From Cycas panzhihuaensis (lineage: Eukaryota > Plantae > Cycadophyta), in the NCBI GenBank assembly GCA_023213395.1, contig CM041465.1:11842001-11906000 (forward strand): DNA of 64,000 bases, in the 5' to 3' direction. A program made the translations under genes and the position numbers. Positions 27,501 to 40,272 of this stretch are shown in pieces (position 1 is the first letter of the stretch; the number at the start of each line of letters is the position of its first letter). The notes beneath the pieces are model-generated. The model did no database searches, was not told the DNA's origin, and worked only from the letters and a program-made list of their open reading frames with translations.

Positions 27501-30500
27501 AAATAGAACTTTGTTGTCACAACTACTGGGAAAGCTATGGACAACTTCTTGGTGTTTGAAAAGTTTTAGTCTTAGAAGAAGTCTTATGCCTTTGTTTCCA
27601 GCACAGATGACATGACTAAGTTATGGCACAACCGCCTAGGTCACCTTAGTTATAGGAGTGTTGCACTGTTAAATATAGTGGAAGGATTATCGTCATTTAC
27701 CTGCTCAGATGGTGTGTACAAAGGATGTATGTATGGTAAGCACCACTACTACCTTTTTACTCGGGATAATGCCTGGAGAGCTAAGGAGAAGCTGGAGCTT
27801 ATATATTCAGACATAATAGGTCTTCTTCCTAACCCTTTGATATCTAGACCTCATTATACCCTTGTATTTGTAGATGACTACACTAGGAAGGCCTAGGTTT
27901 ACTTTCTCAAGAACAAGTCAGACATGTTTGATCGCTTTCGTGACTAGAAAGCGATGGTTGAAATGAATGTGATAAGAAAATAAAGTCATTAAGAAGTGAT
28001 AATTACAAGGAATACAACAATAATGCATTCAATCAGTTCTTCCAAGATAATGGTATAAAGTGGGAATTTACGGTCCCATATACCCCACAATATAATGGAG
28101 TTGCTGAAAGAAAGAATTGTACCATAATGGAGATGGCAAGGTGTATGGTGCATGCTAAAAACTTACCATCAAAGTTTTGGGCAGAAGTTGTGGTGACTAC
28201 TGTTTATATTTTAAACTGAGTACTCACTCAAGCAGTTTGTAACATGACCCCTGAAGAAAAATGGACTAGTCATAAGCTTGTCATTAGCCATTTAAGAATG
28301 TTTGGGTGTATCATATATACCCACATTTTAGATGATACCCAAAAGAATCTAGATCAAAAATATCTAAAGTGCATATTCATGGGGTATTGCATTGAGAATA
28401 AAACCTATAGACTGTGGGATCCACAGGGGGAGAAGATTGCGATTAGTCAAGATACTAAATTTGATGAGACATTAATGTCTCATGTTGACCGTTCATCAGA
28501 GGACCCTTTTTACCCCCCTTTCTCCCATTCCCAGATTCATCAAGCTAAGAGGGTAATGAACCAATCATTAAAACACCTGAGGAAGCAGGATCAAGTGGGA
28601 TGAGCAACAGGTCCTTTAATACCTTTATGGGCAAGGAAGACTCTAGAAGATTCTAGTGTGGCAATGCATACCTTAGCTGATGATCAAAGAACATAGAGTT
28701 AGCATGTTAGTCAAACTCTTCTGGTAAACACCAATGACTCTAATGATCCTAATTTGTTTGATGAAGCAAAAAGAGATCCACGATGGAGAGCTATAATAGA
28801 GGAGGCGTATAGTTCTCTGCTGAAGAATGACACATGGGATTTGGTTCCACTACCTCCAATGAAGAACCTTGTAGGATGTAAGTGGGTTTACAAGACAGAG
28901 TTCTACTCTAATAAAGAGATGGATAAATTTAAGGCTAGACTTATTGCGCAGGGATTTAAGCAAAAAGAAGGAATTGACTATGAGGAGATATTTATACTAG
29001 TCTTCAGAATGATAACAATACATTTATTGATTTCCTTAGCAATAACTTATGGTTGGGAGTAACATCAAATGGACATAAAGTCTTTATTCCTTAATGGAGA
29101 TCTAAACGAGGAGATATATATGTCGTAACCTCTAGGATTCGTTAAGAATGGCTAGGAGCATCTTGTATGCTGTTTGAAGAAGTTAATCTATAGCTTGAAA
29201 CAAACACCTCATGCTTGGTATGAAAAGATAGATGCAGAGTTAAAAACTAAAGGTTTCAAGATTTCTAAACTCGACCTGAATCTATATGTAAAAAGAAGAG
29301 GGACTTTAATAGTAGCTTGCGTGGTGTATATGGATGATTTGGTCATCGGTAGTAATTGTAGCAAGACTATTGCTAAAGTCAAATCCAATCTAGGAGCTTC
29401 ATTTAACATGATAGACCTTGGGAGACTTCACTACTTCTTGGGCATTCAAGTCAGGCAGATGGATGACATGATCGTGTTGTTATAGTCATAGTATATAAAA
29501 AACTTGCTAGAAAAATTTAGAATGCAAAATTACAAACCAATTACAATACTATGTGTAAAAGGCACAAAGTTATAGAAGGATATGGCTAAGCCCTCTGTAG
29601 ATGGAATAAAGTATCATCAGTTGGTAAGGAGTCTAATCTATTTGACTCATATTAGGCCTGATATTACATACGCTATCAGGTTAGTTTCCCGCTACATGCA
29701 GAATCCTCAAGAACCTTATTTGGTTGCAGCAAAGCAGATTCTGAAGTATTTGAAGGAGACTATCAATCTTGGTCTCAAATACCATTGAGGTAAAGAGATA
29801 TAATTATATGGCTACACATATACTGATTAGGGAGGAGATTCTGATGATCAGAAGTCCATTGCTAGATACCTGTTTGGTGTTGGTAATGGATTTATTTCGT
29901 GGCAGTCAAAGAAGCAGTAGACAGTGACATTCTCTTATATAGAGGTATAATATCAAGGACTTAGTGTGGGTGAAAAATAAGTTGTATGGTTGCAAGGTCT
30001 CTTGGAGTTTATTGGAGTTTCAAATAGACATAGAGTTATCTTTGTTGATAACTAAAGTGCCATTCACCTATAAAAGAATCTAGAGTTTCATGCGCGTATG
30101 AAGTACATTAAAATTCAACACCATTACATTCGTGAACAGATCAAATTAGGGAAGCTGCAGGTCGACTACTATCCAAGTGAATTCTATCTTGTTGACGTGT
30201 TCACCAAACCTCTCACTGAAGATTAATTCACGAAGATATATACCAGACTTAGACTCACCAATCCTTGAGGGAGGATATATCAACAAGGATAAAAAAGTTA
30301 TAGGATAGTCCCAACCTTCATGATAACATAACTATTGTAATTGGCAGGTTTCCCACATCTATATTAATGGGGGATGTTAATGTGGCAGTTAATTATTAAG
30401 CCACTTAGTTAATGTTAATGTGGTTTAATTAAGTGAAAAGGTGTGAAGCCAAAATGGTATGACTTATTCAGAGGGTCACAACCCTAATCGAGTGACACCT

Positions 30501-30749
30501 CTTGGGAGAATATAAATGCCTTGAGGCCTTATGTATTCATCATCGGAGATCATTATATCAACTCATTGCGAAATAATCAAGTGATCCATCAAGGATCCTT
30601 TTGTGGTGGGTTTTTTCCTGAAAGGGTTTTCCCACGTAAATCCTATGTACTGTGCATTTATTTTCTATATGTATATTTGTTTGCTTACTATGTATGGTAA
30701 AAGATTTTACAGTTGGGAACATTTATGTATGATTTCATGTTCGTAAATA
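24504..30749 (+). mobile_element. Ty1/Copia element E inserted in the 3' LTR of B
   Basis: LTRs 24504-24839 and 30375-30749 (5' copy lacks ~39 bp); perfect TSD GAGAT; PBS tggtataagagtc at 24840; PPT taatggggga; pol remnants LWHNRLGH, FVDDYTRK, TWDLVPLP..GCKWVYK, RPDITYA at ~26390-30267. Confidence 0.94.
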
Positions 30750-32207
30750 GAGATATTGTGTATTAGAAAGTTGCCCCCTCTAAATGGCCTAACAATACAA
30801 GGAGATCTTGTGATTATACAAACTTTTATATGAAGATTTAGACTTCTTGAGAGATTTGGCAGTTGTTAGAGTGAAGTTTATTATAGTTAGAATAAGAATA
30901 CAATTCACAAATCCATATACACCTTAACAAAATAGAGTAGTTGAAAGGAATATAAGAACCATTATATAAATGGTAAGATATATGTTGAAATCAAAAGATC
31001 TTAATGATGGATTTTAGGTCGAAGTAGTAAATATTATAGTTTTCTTATTGAAGAAAAGTTCTACCAAATCTTTAGAGAAATTAACTCTAAAAGAAGCTTT
31101 GATAGGCTATAAACCTAATATGAGTAATTTAAAAATGTTTAGTTGTGTTGTATATGTACATATTCTCGATGAGAAAAGAACAAAGTTAGAAAGAAAAAGT
31201 GTTAAATCTATTTTCTTAGACTACTCAAGTAAATAAAAAACCTATAGATTGTTTGATCCTATAGCAAAGAAATTCTTTATGAGTAGAGATATTCTCTTTG
31301 ATGAATATATTATATATAAACCTCATGTTGATAAAGGAAAAGAAATTGTGGTTGATATTGAGACTACTCAATCTTCAAAAGATGAATCAAGTTCAAATTT
31401 AAGTCCAAGTCAATAGAAAAGTAAAGGTCCAAAATGTCTTATAAGAAATCATAACCTAAGTGATATTCTTAGCATAAATTTTAAAAGGAAATTAACAAGA
31501 TCATGAGATATAGCCAATTATGTATTAATCACTCAAGTAACATAAAGTAATAAAACTCATGCATTTAATTAAGCTTTTAAAAGTAAAGAATATGACACAA
31601 TTAAACAACCTATAGTTTCTTTATCTACAACTGAAGTAGGGTATAAAGTTGCTAAAGTAGTTTATCTTATAAAGATATTATATGATCTACATCAAACTTA
31701 GAATAAATTGATAATCATTCATTATAATAATTATAGTACAATTTAGACCGAGGAGAATCTATTTTTTCATAGAAAAATAAAACTCATTGAGATTAAAGCA
31801 TTATTACATTCATGAGCTAATTTAGCAAGGTTAAATTGAGCTCCTTCATTATAGTATAGAAGACCAAGTTATAAATATTTTCACCAAGGTATTAAAGAAG
31901 ATCAAGCATTATCATATCAAAGAAGATTTGGGTGTTCTCCCAAATGCATTATGGGGGAGTATTAGAGAAAAAGAAGGAGTGAATTTAGGTATAATACATA
32001 TTTTAATATATTTATAATGTAGGCCATAAAATATAATGGACCCTACATAAAAGTAAGATGTAATATATAAGGATATTGATGTACTATTGTTTGTAACATT
32101 ACTTTATTGAATAAAATTCAAAGGTATCAAAAGATACCATTTTGATGATAATGTTTATGTTTTTTTTTTATTAATTTTATTTCTATTATCTTATTATTTT
32201 TCACAAC

Positions 32208-32890
32208 TATTTAAAAATTTTTACAAAATATAATGACAAAAAATACATGTTGACCCAAATATAGTCAAAGTTATCAAGGAATTATCCTTACTAATTAATA
32301 AAAAGGGTGTTTAATCTTTCTTCAAAAAGATAAAATTTTCAAGGAGATTAAAACTTGATTTAATAAGGATAACCTTACCCATTAATTACCTACTACATAA
32401 GGATGCCAACTTTAAATGGATAAATAAGGCTACGAAAGTCTTTCATTAGATCAAAGATTGTATTACTAGAGCTCTTGTGTCAGTGAATCCTAATTTTAAA
32501 AAAGATTATATTATGTATTCATATGCCTTAGAAAGTACTTATGTTGTTATGTTAGTTTAGAAAGATGATGAAGGAAAAGAGAGACCAATGCCATTTCTAA
32601 GTAGATCTCTTAAAGATTATCAATTGAGGTACAACACCACAAAAAAGTAAGCATATTCTCTAATAAAACCAATTGAATACTTTAAGCTTTATATTATTCA
32701 TAATTACACCATAGACTATGCATCTAAATTCATATTTAAAATGATACTAAAATAAGCAGATCCAATATGAAGATGGGCCAAGTGGTTGGATAAGATTTAA
32801 GAATTTGATCTAGAGGTTAAATCAACCAAGATGGTGAAGGGAGAAGGTCTTTGTTGGTTAATTTTATAAATTCAAGTAGAGGAACTCGTG
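32208..32890 (+). mobile_element. Tat/Athila-type Gypsy RT/RNase H, right part continuing 1-239
   Basis: Degenerate HVDP..V, FKW, ERPxxFLSRSL..Y and EFDLEVKxTKMVKGEGL motifs. Confidence 0.75.
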
Positions 32891-33249
32891 TAAGCTAAAG
32901 AGGACTGAGAGAGATAGGATGACACCAAAATATAAAAGAATATGGAACTAGAAAATTGATCAAATGTTGGATAAAACTAGAGTTGTAAATTATTATTATG
33001 TATTAATATTTATATCATTAGTAATATTTAAAGCACTGAAAAATCATATAGATTTTTATGCAAAACCAAATGAATATTCATTCGATAGTTTCGACCAAAT
33101 CACAAAGTAGAACATCTTACCTAATTATATTGGGATGGCCCAACAATTAGTAAATAACCCTTAGTAATAACAAATTATTTTACTTTTAGACCTTGTCAAG
33201 CTAATAACTAAACAAAAACAACCAATGTCAACTAAAAGCCTAAAGATGC

Positions 33250-36200
33250 TTTACTTCTATACATGATGAGTTAAAAACATGTCATTTGCAAGTTACCTAT
33301 ATAACATCTACTTAGCTAAATTTAGTAAAGATATTTCTCAAAGCAAATATTATTACTAAGAAAGACAAAAAAGATAACGAGTCCCATCAATCACAAGAGT
33401 TAAAAACACTAGTGCCAAAAGGCACCCTTGATAGATTGAGTAGTATAAAGTAATATGATAGGACAATTCACTATTATCCATAACATGGGCACTAGCTCTA
33501 ACAAAAAAGTGTCTTAATTATATTGGGATATTTATCACCAAATCCAAGAGATGCCATTATTAGAAAAATAAAAGTTTATTCCCCTTTATCATAGGCCTTT
33601 TCAAAACATAATCTAATGAATAAAAATTCTTGACTATACTCTTCTACCTTTACTATAGATTCTCATAGTGAAAGAATATTGTCAAGAATAAACCTTCCTT
33701 AAATAAATCCACTTTATCGTGGTCATATTATTTGATTCAAGGAAAACTATATATGATAGGCCATTGCCTTTGCTAGCATCCTATATACAACACTCAACAA
33801 ATAAATAAAAGACCACTCTCTGATTAATAAAAGATTTACATCTTGTCTAGGGATGAGTTTGATGATTCCCACATTAGTGCAAGAACTAAGGCTATAAATA
33901 ACTATTGTTTCATGACATATACAAAAATAATCATGCATAATGACATTCCAAGAGGCCTTCAAAATTTATACTATAAAACCATTTTCACTAGTGGCTTTGT
34001 TTTAAACCATAAACCAAAGAGCATCCTTAAGTTCTTCTTTAGTAATTGGTCTATTAAACCAAAGTCTATTAGAATGATCTAGTTTAGAAGGGCTCACTCA
34101 AAAATAATTTGCCATAGCATACCCTCACTTTAGAAACTATAGAGAGGAAGTAAAAATATTAGTGAAATGGTACTCAAATATATCCTTAATGACAAGTTGG
34201 TCAAAAATCAAAGACCTATGATTATCTTTAAGCATTAATATTCTTGTAGAAACTTGTCAACATTTTAAAGATCTTGGAAGAAGTATCATCTTCCTTTAAC
34301 TAGAAAAGATAAATGTGAACTTGTGCATCCTTAACTTTTAAAGCATTGTATTTAATTAGTTGAGACTAAAGAAAAGGATTGAATGGTTAAGAATTAAGTT
34401 AAATAGCAACGTTTTAAAGGGCTTCCTTAAGCTAAGATTCTCTCCTTTTGTGAATTCCTAATATATTCTTTTGTTATCCTCACATCTAGGCAATACTATA
34501 ATTAATAACTTGTTCTCACTAGATTATCCAACCCACTTCTTCACAAGGATGAGGGATTAAGTTTTAGACTTGAGAAAAACTAAAGTGGTAGGAAGAGTAA
34601 GAAAGGAGATATTTGTTAAATTTAAATAGGGACTAACCCAAACGTATTAGAAAAGAAAGCAAAATCGATAGATGATTTAATAAAGCCATGAAAGAATGGG
34701 CCTACATACCTCTTAGATTTAGAAGTAAAATGCCATTGTTTGGATAATAAAAATAATCCAAACAAGAATAAATTCTCCCTTCATTTAATTTATGGTCGTA
34801 TTAAACAAAATAAAGTTGACCAACTCAATAAAGAATAATAACATAGAGGTCTAAGTAGATGCAAAGAGCATACAACCTTTATGACTCTATTGTAGATAAA
34901 CTAGAAAATGCCAAATCCCTTAACTTATTGTCCTTAGATTTAATCATGTTAAAATAACTCATAAGAATCCAATGGGCAATGGCTACAGAGAATCAATACC
35001 ACTTCTAAGCCTCATGATTAATTGAAAGATTAGAATATGTAAAAGCACTTGCAATAACAACTACAACATCTTGTAATAAAATAGTTTGTATGTATAGTAA
35101 GCATGGGGTTTAAAACCCTCAATAATTAATAAATCTTTAAGTCATGTGGCATAGCATAAAATAGTGTTAGAAAATATAAAATAGAGAAATGATGTAAAAA
35201 TAAAAGTTATAATAGTAGTAAGAAATAAACCAAGCACATCAATAAGAATAACTAGAGATACATATGTAATGATAGCCTACTTCTATTAAATAAAACAATT
35301 GCTAAAGAATTATAAAGTAATCCCAACTCTTAATTCTCTCGAATCTTTTTACATATGCCATTACACAAATATACATACACACATACACACACACACACAC
35401 ACACACAGATAATTTTATAAGGTACATACTAGTAATATCACATAATAGAATGGGTACAAAACTATGGGTCGAAAAGATCCTATAAGACTTACAAAGTAGG
35501 GCTCATGTGTAATACTTATACCCATATAAAATCATATCCAACAAATATTATCATCTAAATTGGGAGCATGAGTTGTTGAAACAAAATTGGTTGAACTATA
35601 ATGTTATGCACAACTAAATCTAGCTTAGGGCTTGTAATTTGACATTCTTAAAGGACTCATATATTAAGAATTCTAAACTTTGAAAGCGTATAGTCTTGAT
35701 AAGACAATGCTGATTAGTAAAAGAGAAGTGTTTCCCATTCATCAATATAGAGAAATACATGCTAAGTAGGGAGGAAAAGTAGTTAACTACGATTTGGAAA
35801 ATTACTTACAATTAAATGTCTAGCAAGTCTTATTCCATGCTAACATTTTCCTCCACGATGATGGGTGCAAAGCAATTGGTTTTTGAATTAAGTAAAGCAC
35901 CCTTTAATCATTTAAGCTTAGGCTAGCTAAAATTCCTATAATTTGATGTTAAGGAATGAGTTTTTTCTAGTGAATGATAAATTAGATAGGAAAGACTCTA
36001 AATCGGGGAAGGAATAATGTCACTTTAACTACCCGTGGTCAAGCAAATGAAATAATGGTATTTCTTGAATAAAATTTTTGTTAAAAGAAGATAAATAAAT
36101 AGTGTGGTTTGGTTGAGGAGGAGCTATAGACTAGTGTGAATGCAACAAGTGGAAAATTTAGGACCCATCGTCAACTTTAACAATTAATAAGATTGATAAA

Positions 36201-36520
36201 AGGTAGGAGTTGTGGCACCGAATTTTGTGAAATGACTAAGCTTATAGCAATGAAAACAAGTATTTGAAAGGTTGAGATAATGAATCTTTTCATAAAATAC
36301 TTTCTCTCCTACATATATGGAAATTTCCTCTACACTCTTTACTAATTTAGCCTTAACATAAACACAAAGATATGGACAACTATTTAGCATTCTCTTATGA
36401 AGCTTATATCTTAATTCACTTAGTAAAGCCAACAAGCTATCAATAAACAACTACTTATGAATTGAAAAACAAGACCACAATCCACATCTTATCCTATGTT
36501 CATTCTTATTTCCCTTTGTT
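33250..36520 (-). mobile_element. Decayed L1-type LINE (ORF1 and ORF2 endonuclease/RT remnants)
   Basis: Minus strand: ORF1 zinc-knuckle remnant YLNLSNTCFHCYKLSHF (36184-36450 ORF); WIL..xFNM at ~34950; NVGIIKLIPR at ~33850; FEKAYDK at ~33590; QGCLLAL at ~33420. Boundaries approximate. Confidence 0.75.
35165..35543. mobile_element. Probable solo LTR inside the LINE
   Basis: TGTTAG...CCAACA termini, flanks AATAG/AATAT (4/5 TSD), no adjacent PBS or PPT; contains a (CA)n tract at ~35373-35407. Confidence 0.6.
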
Positions 36521-36953
36521 TTAGAGTTTTTGGGCGCTATGCTATTATAGTATATTGAATTATATTACGAAGTCACTATGGTCATTATGACGTATTAATA
36601 GATTCACTTTCAATAACAACCCCAAAAAAGGGGGACCGAAAAAACACTAAAAAAATACAAGTTAAAAAAAACATCCATTGATCAAGTTATGATTTGTTTG
36701 TGTAAGATAGAAGATGGTAATATAATTATGCAATCTTTATAAATGCATGAAATTGGGACATGTGCGAAGGGACGCATTTTTGCAAAATAAAGTGGGTCGT
36801 TTTGGCACGTTCCATTGCAATGACTCAAGAGCAAATGGTCTGTTGGAATGAGCGGAATTGAAAAGATGATGTGATGAACACGACGACACGGAAGACGCTA
36901 AGTGAAAAGATGCTTTGAAGAATACGATACGAGCATTCTCCTTTCTCTCCAAA

Positions 36954-39900
36954 ATGACTACCAACGTCACAAAGGTCGGTGACACAAACGTGGCGCCCGA
37001 CGGTACTCCCGATAGATGGACCAAAAAAATGGTGCAAGCCTTGAAGGTGATTCTACCTCATTCAAATTTCATCATATAATTCCTCCCTTTCTCACATGTC
37101 ATCTGTACAAAACAGGCTGCAATGGCTGCTCGCTCAACGAACGCCAAGCCCATCACCTTAAACGACCTGGCTGCAGACTCATCTACCAACGGTAGTGTGC
37201 CATGTCTTCGGTCCATCGTCAGAACCCCATAATTGTGTTGGTTTATATTATACATTTCTTTTATGTTAAATTCGAACCGGATGCACGCACGTTGTGAAAT
37301 TGAAAAGATTCACACGATTATATTGTTCATACTTCGCAGATAAAAAGCTCTCGAGTCCGAGATCTATCGAGGCCTGTTTGCACCTTGGGACTGATCCTAG
37401 TGAAATCATTAAGAAGTAAGATTTTCATCAAATTTCCACACATAGCCAGTCAGACAATTATTATGAATTACTAACCCTATGCTGGATATTTTGGGAGAAA
37501 AACTGAAGCACTCACATACAAATAATTGGCTGCTCATGTAGGCCTATAGAGGCCTTTGCACGAAAGGGTCTTCCCAAAGAGCTGGTGAAAGTCAAGTACG
37601 AACGTCATGAAAACCTTAGGAAAGGTACATATATTAATCGATTCTCTATTCAACACAGAAACATACAAGTCCTCTACAACGTTTGATTTTCATGGTACGT
37701 GTAAATTGGTAACTTCAAACACCAATGCCTACGTTCGCATTGGCTAACGTCACAGCAGGAAAGTTGCATAAACTTCTTGAAGAAAGGGAACGAATCATCG
37801 AACAAGAGAAAGAAAAGGAGAGAGAGAAAGAATATGCGTCGACTGTTCTTAATGTTCCAGATCAATCGACAAATGCATCTGAACAGCCCAAGAGCTTAGA
37901 AAAGGTAAGGGTGGCAGTCAAAGATTTTTGTTATGTAATTGTTATTGCAGGCACTTTATATTGTTATGCCTTGGAAAATTGCATCTCTATGGTACAATCG
38001 AAACTAAAATCGTTAACATTTCGCAGGAGAGACAAAGATTGCAGAACCTGCGCAGAAGGCAGCAGAGAGAACTAGAGCAAATGGCCAAATACGAAGCAAT
38101 GAGAGAGGTGATTATGATATCATTAGGGCATTGGTCCGGTATAAGAGCACATTCAGTTATAATGCTCACAGATCTATTCTTTTACAGCAAATTATCAATG
38201 AAAACCAAGCAAGACTCGAAGCCCAAAAGATAGCTGAAGAACTCAAGGTGAATCAAATAGTATTGAAGTTTTAGGGAAAGAACATCGTTGGCTTGCGCAC
38301 GCAATTAATGCATAATGTCTTCACGCTTTATACCTTCACAGAAACAAGAAAGGGCGAGGAAAGAAAAAGACTGGCAAACTGAGCAGAGGAAGAGAGAGCT
38401 GGCGAAAATGAAAGAGGTACGAGAAAAAATGTTCATCTTTATTCTGACTATTAGTAATTTGAAATTAACGAGTTTCGACTGATTATCATCCGATGTTGCA
38501 GGAAGAAGCCATAGACAAGAGAAGCAAACAATTGGCCGCCGAAAGATATTTGCGTGAGCAAGAACATCTTGCGTTGGAACAGCAGAAACAGGTTATAACT
38601 ATGCAAGGAACCAATATGTACTACCTCACTTATAAGGGATTTTATGTACTCATCGTACACTACTGCAGATACATTAGCAGTATGGAACCTTCGACGCTTT
38701 GATAATCTTCTTATGTTATTCTTTCATGATGTAGAGGAAAGCACATCGTGAAGCTGTGCGAAAAGAACAAGAGAGGATGCAAAAGCAGCAAGAGTTTAAA
38801 AAACAGATGGAGAGAGCTCAAGAAGCCCAACAGGAGGTATAGATTCGCAGAACTGCAAAAATATTAATGCAAAAGTGGCTTATTAGTATGCCAAACACAT
38901 TAATGTAATCTCAAAAGCTGAAATACAGCAATATACATATAAGAAAGGAGGCAAAGTGTACAAGCTAACCCTTCCCCGAATAAAAGCGATAGCAACTGCT
39001 ATGATATTCTATGGAAACAGAAATGGACCGAAAACAAAATCTGCAAGACCTATCTAATATTGTTCAACGTTCTATAAGCGAATTTGGTATGATCATCTAT
39101 CAGTTTGTAAGGATTTGATCTGAGTTGTTGCAGATTTTAAGAAAGAAACAACAAGAGATGGAAAAAAAAGATCTGGAGAGACAGAAGCTACTCATGGAAC
39201 AACACAAGGAGAAAGTCCGTCAAAACATGGAAGCTCGGAAACAAGCCGAAGCTAGACTTGCCGTCGCTGTTGAAAATTTCCGTCAATTGATGCAAAAGAG
39301 AACAGAAGAGTACCAGAAACGACAACAGGTACTACGTCTGCATTTAATAACGTGTGGTGTCGTTGCTACAGATTCCACGTCGTATTAATGGGATTTCTAT
39401 TGTTGCGGTATGAACTCCATACTACAGGAGTTGAAGATTAAGCTGAAGCAACAAGAAGAGCGTCATAAACAGGCCGAAATTGAGAAGAAAAAGAAAGAGG
39501 CTATTAAAGAGCAGCAGCGCCTCGAAATTGTTAAGGAAGCTGAAATAGAGCGTCAAAAGCGAATCCAGGTGCAGCAAAATTACATGACCCTCTCATTGGT
39601 AAAAACAATTCATTAATCTTTGCTAAACAACCTATTTATGTGAAATGTTGAATTCAGGAACTCCTACAAAAGTCCGAAGCAGCAGACATGATGCTGCAGA
39701 ACATCATAATGCAAAGGCAGCTAGCAAACGCTCGGAGGATTCTTGAGCGTCAGCTGGAATTTGAAGAGAAACATGTTCGAGTAGAAAGCATTCAACGTAT
39801 TAAAGTGAGATTATCGATCATAAAACCGTATTTATATATAGAAGATGCACATTGGCCCGATGGGTGTGCGTGTATCTATACGTATGAACTATTTTCTTGC

Positions 39901-40272
39901 GTAGGCCTTGCAAAGATATCAGCTATTACAACGAATACAAGGAGAAGGGGATAGAGTGCGGAGATTGATCGAGGGAAAGCAAGCGGAACAGGAACGTCAC
40001 AGAGCTGCTAATATCAAACTATCAATCCATCGTCAAGCCATGCTCCAAAAGATGGAGAAATTATCGGTATACACCGTCAGCTAATTTCCACCAATCCCTT
40101 AATATGTATGTGTATATATAAATATAACTATATCCATTTTCCACAGATCACCAAGAAGTGGAAAGATTCTTTGACGGAGACGGATATGGCCGATTTGGAA
40201 GCACATGAGAGGAAACGAAACGATCACAAATCGCAACGCGGTACTCTCTCCACCATGACCGACAACTTGTAG
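36954..40272 (+). CDS. Intact 15-exon gene, 550-aa charged coiled-coil protein with an N-terminal SPRSxEAC motif; probable flagellar/axoneme-associated protein
   Basis: Exons 36954-37046, 37116-37191, 37340-37415, 37542-37624, 37759-37904, 38027-38107, 38188-38247, 38342-38416, 38502-38591, 38735-38836, 39134-39328, 39428-39568, 39658-39804, 39905-40066, 40147-40272. All 14 introns are GT-AG; the 1653 nt join into one open frame (MTTNVTK...KLSSPRSIEACLHLGTDPSEII...ERQRLQNLRRRQQRELEQM...ITKKWKD...DNL*); in-frame stop upstream at 36903. The structure is seen directly; the function is inferred. Confidence 0.88.

Larger units (their letters stand above)
6000..30885 (+). mobile_element. Ty3/Gypsy chromovirus B (Reina-like, old, integrase deleted), host of C, D and E
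   Basis: 5' LTR 6000-6339 and PBS tggtatcaaag at 6342; 3' LTR split into 24282-24503 and 30750-30885; PPT agggaggaat at 24271; degenerate TSD cttgg/gttag; decayed gag-PR-RT at ~13600-16190, RNase H at 23781-24120, chromodomain remnant at ~24172-24240. Confidence 0.88.
240..32207 (+). mobile_element. Ty1/Copia element A (old, nested, RT deleted)
   Basis: 5' LTR 240-458 (interrupted by F) matches 3' LTR 31960-~32207 (shared ctttattgaataaaattcaaaggtatcaa.agataccattttgat); PPT ttatgggggag just before 31960; gag/protease/integrase remnants at ~4220-5999 (IPKFNG, SxNGxEF); integrase resumes at ~30891 (GIRxQFTxPYTPxQN..ERxxRT); RNase H (KQPxVSLSTTE) from ~31603. Confidence 0.85.

Noticed and set aside
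36520-36953. DUO1-type AACCG sperm-lineage motif upstream of the gene
   Set aside because: None seen upstream; the copies in introns (~37275, ~39824) are expected by chance.
36737-37255. Minus-strand ORFs overlapping the gene start
   Set aside because: Antisense shadows of the GC-richer 5' region of the + strand gene; no recognisable motif.
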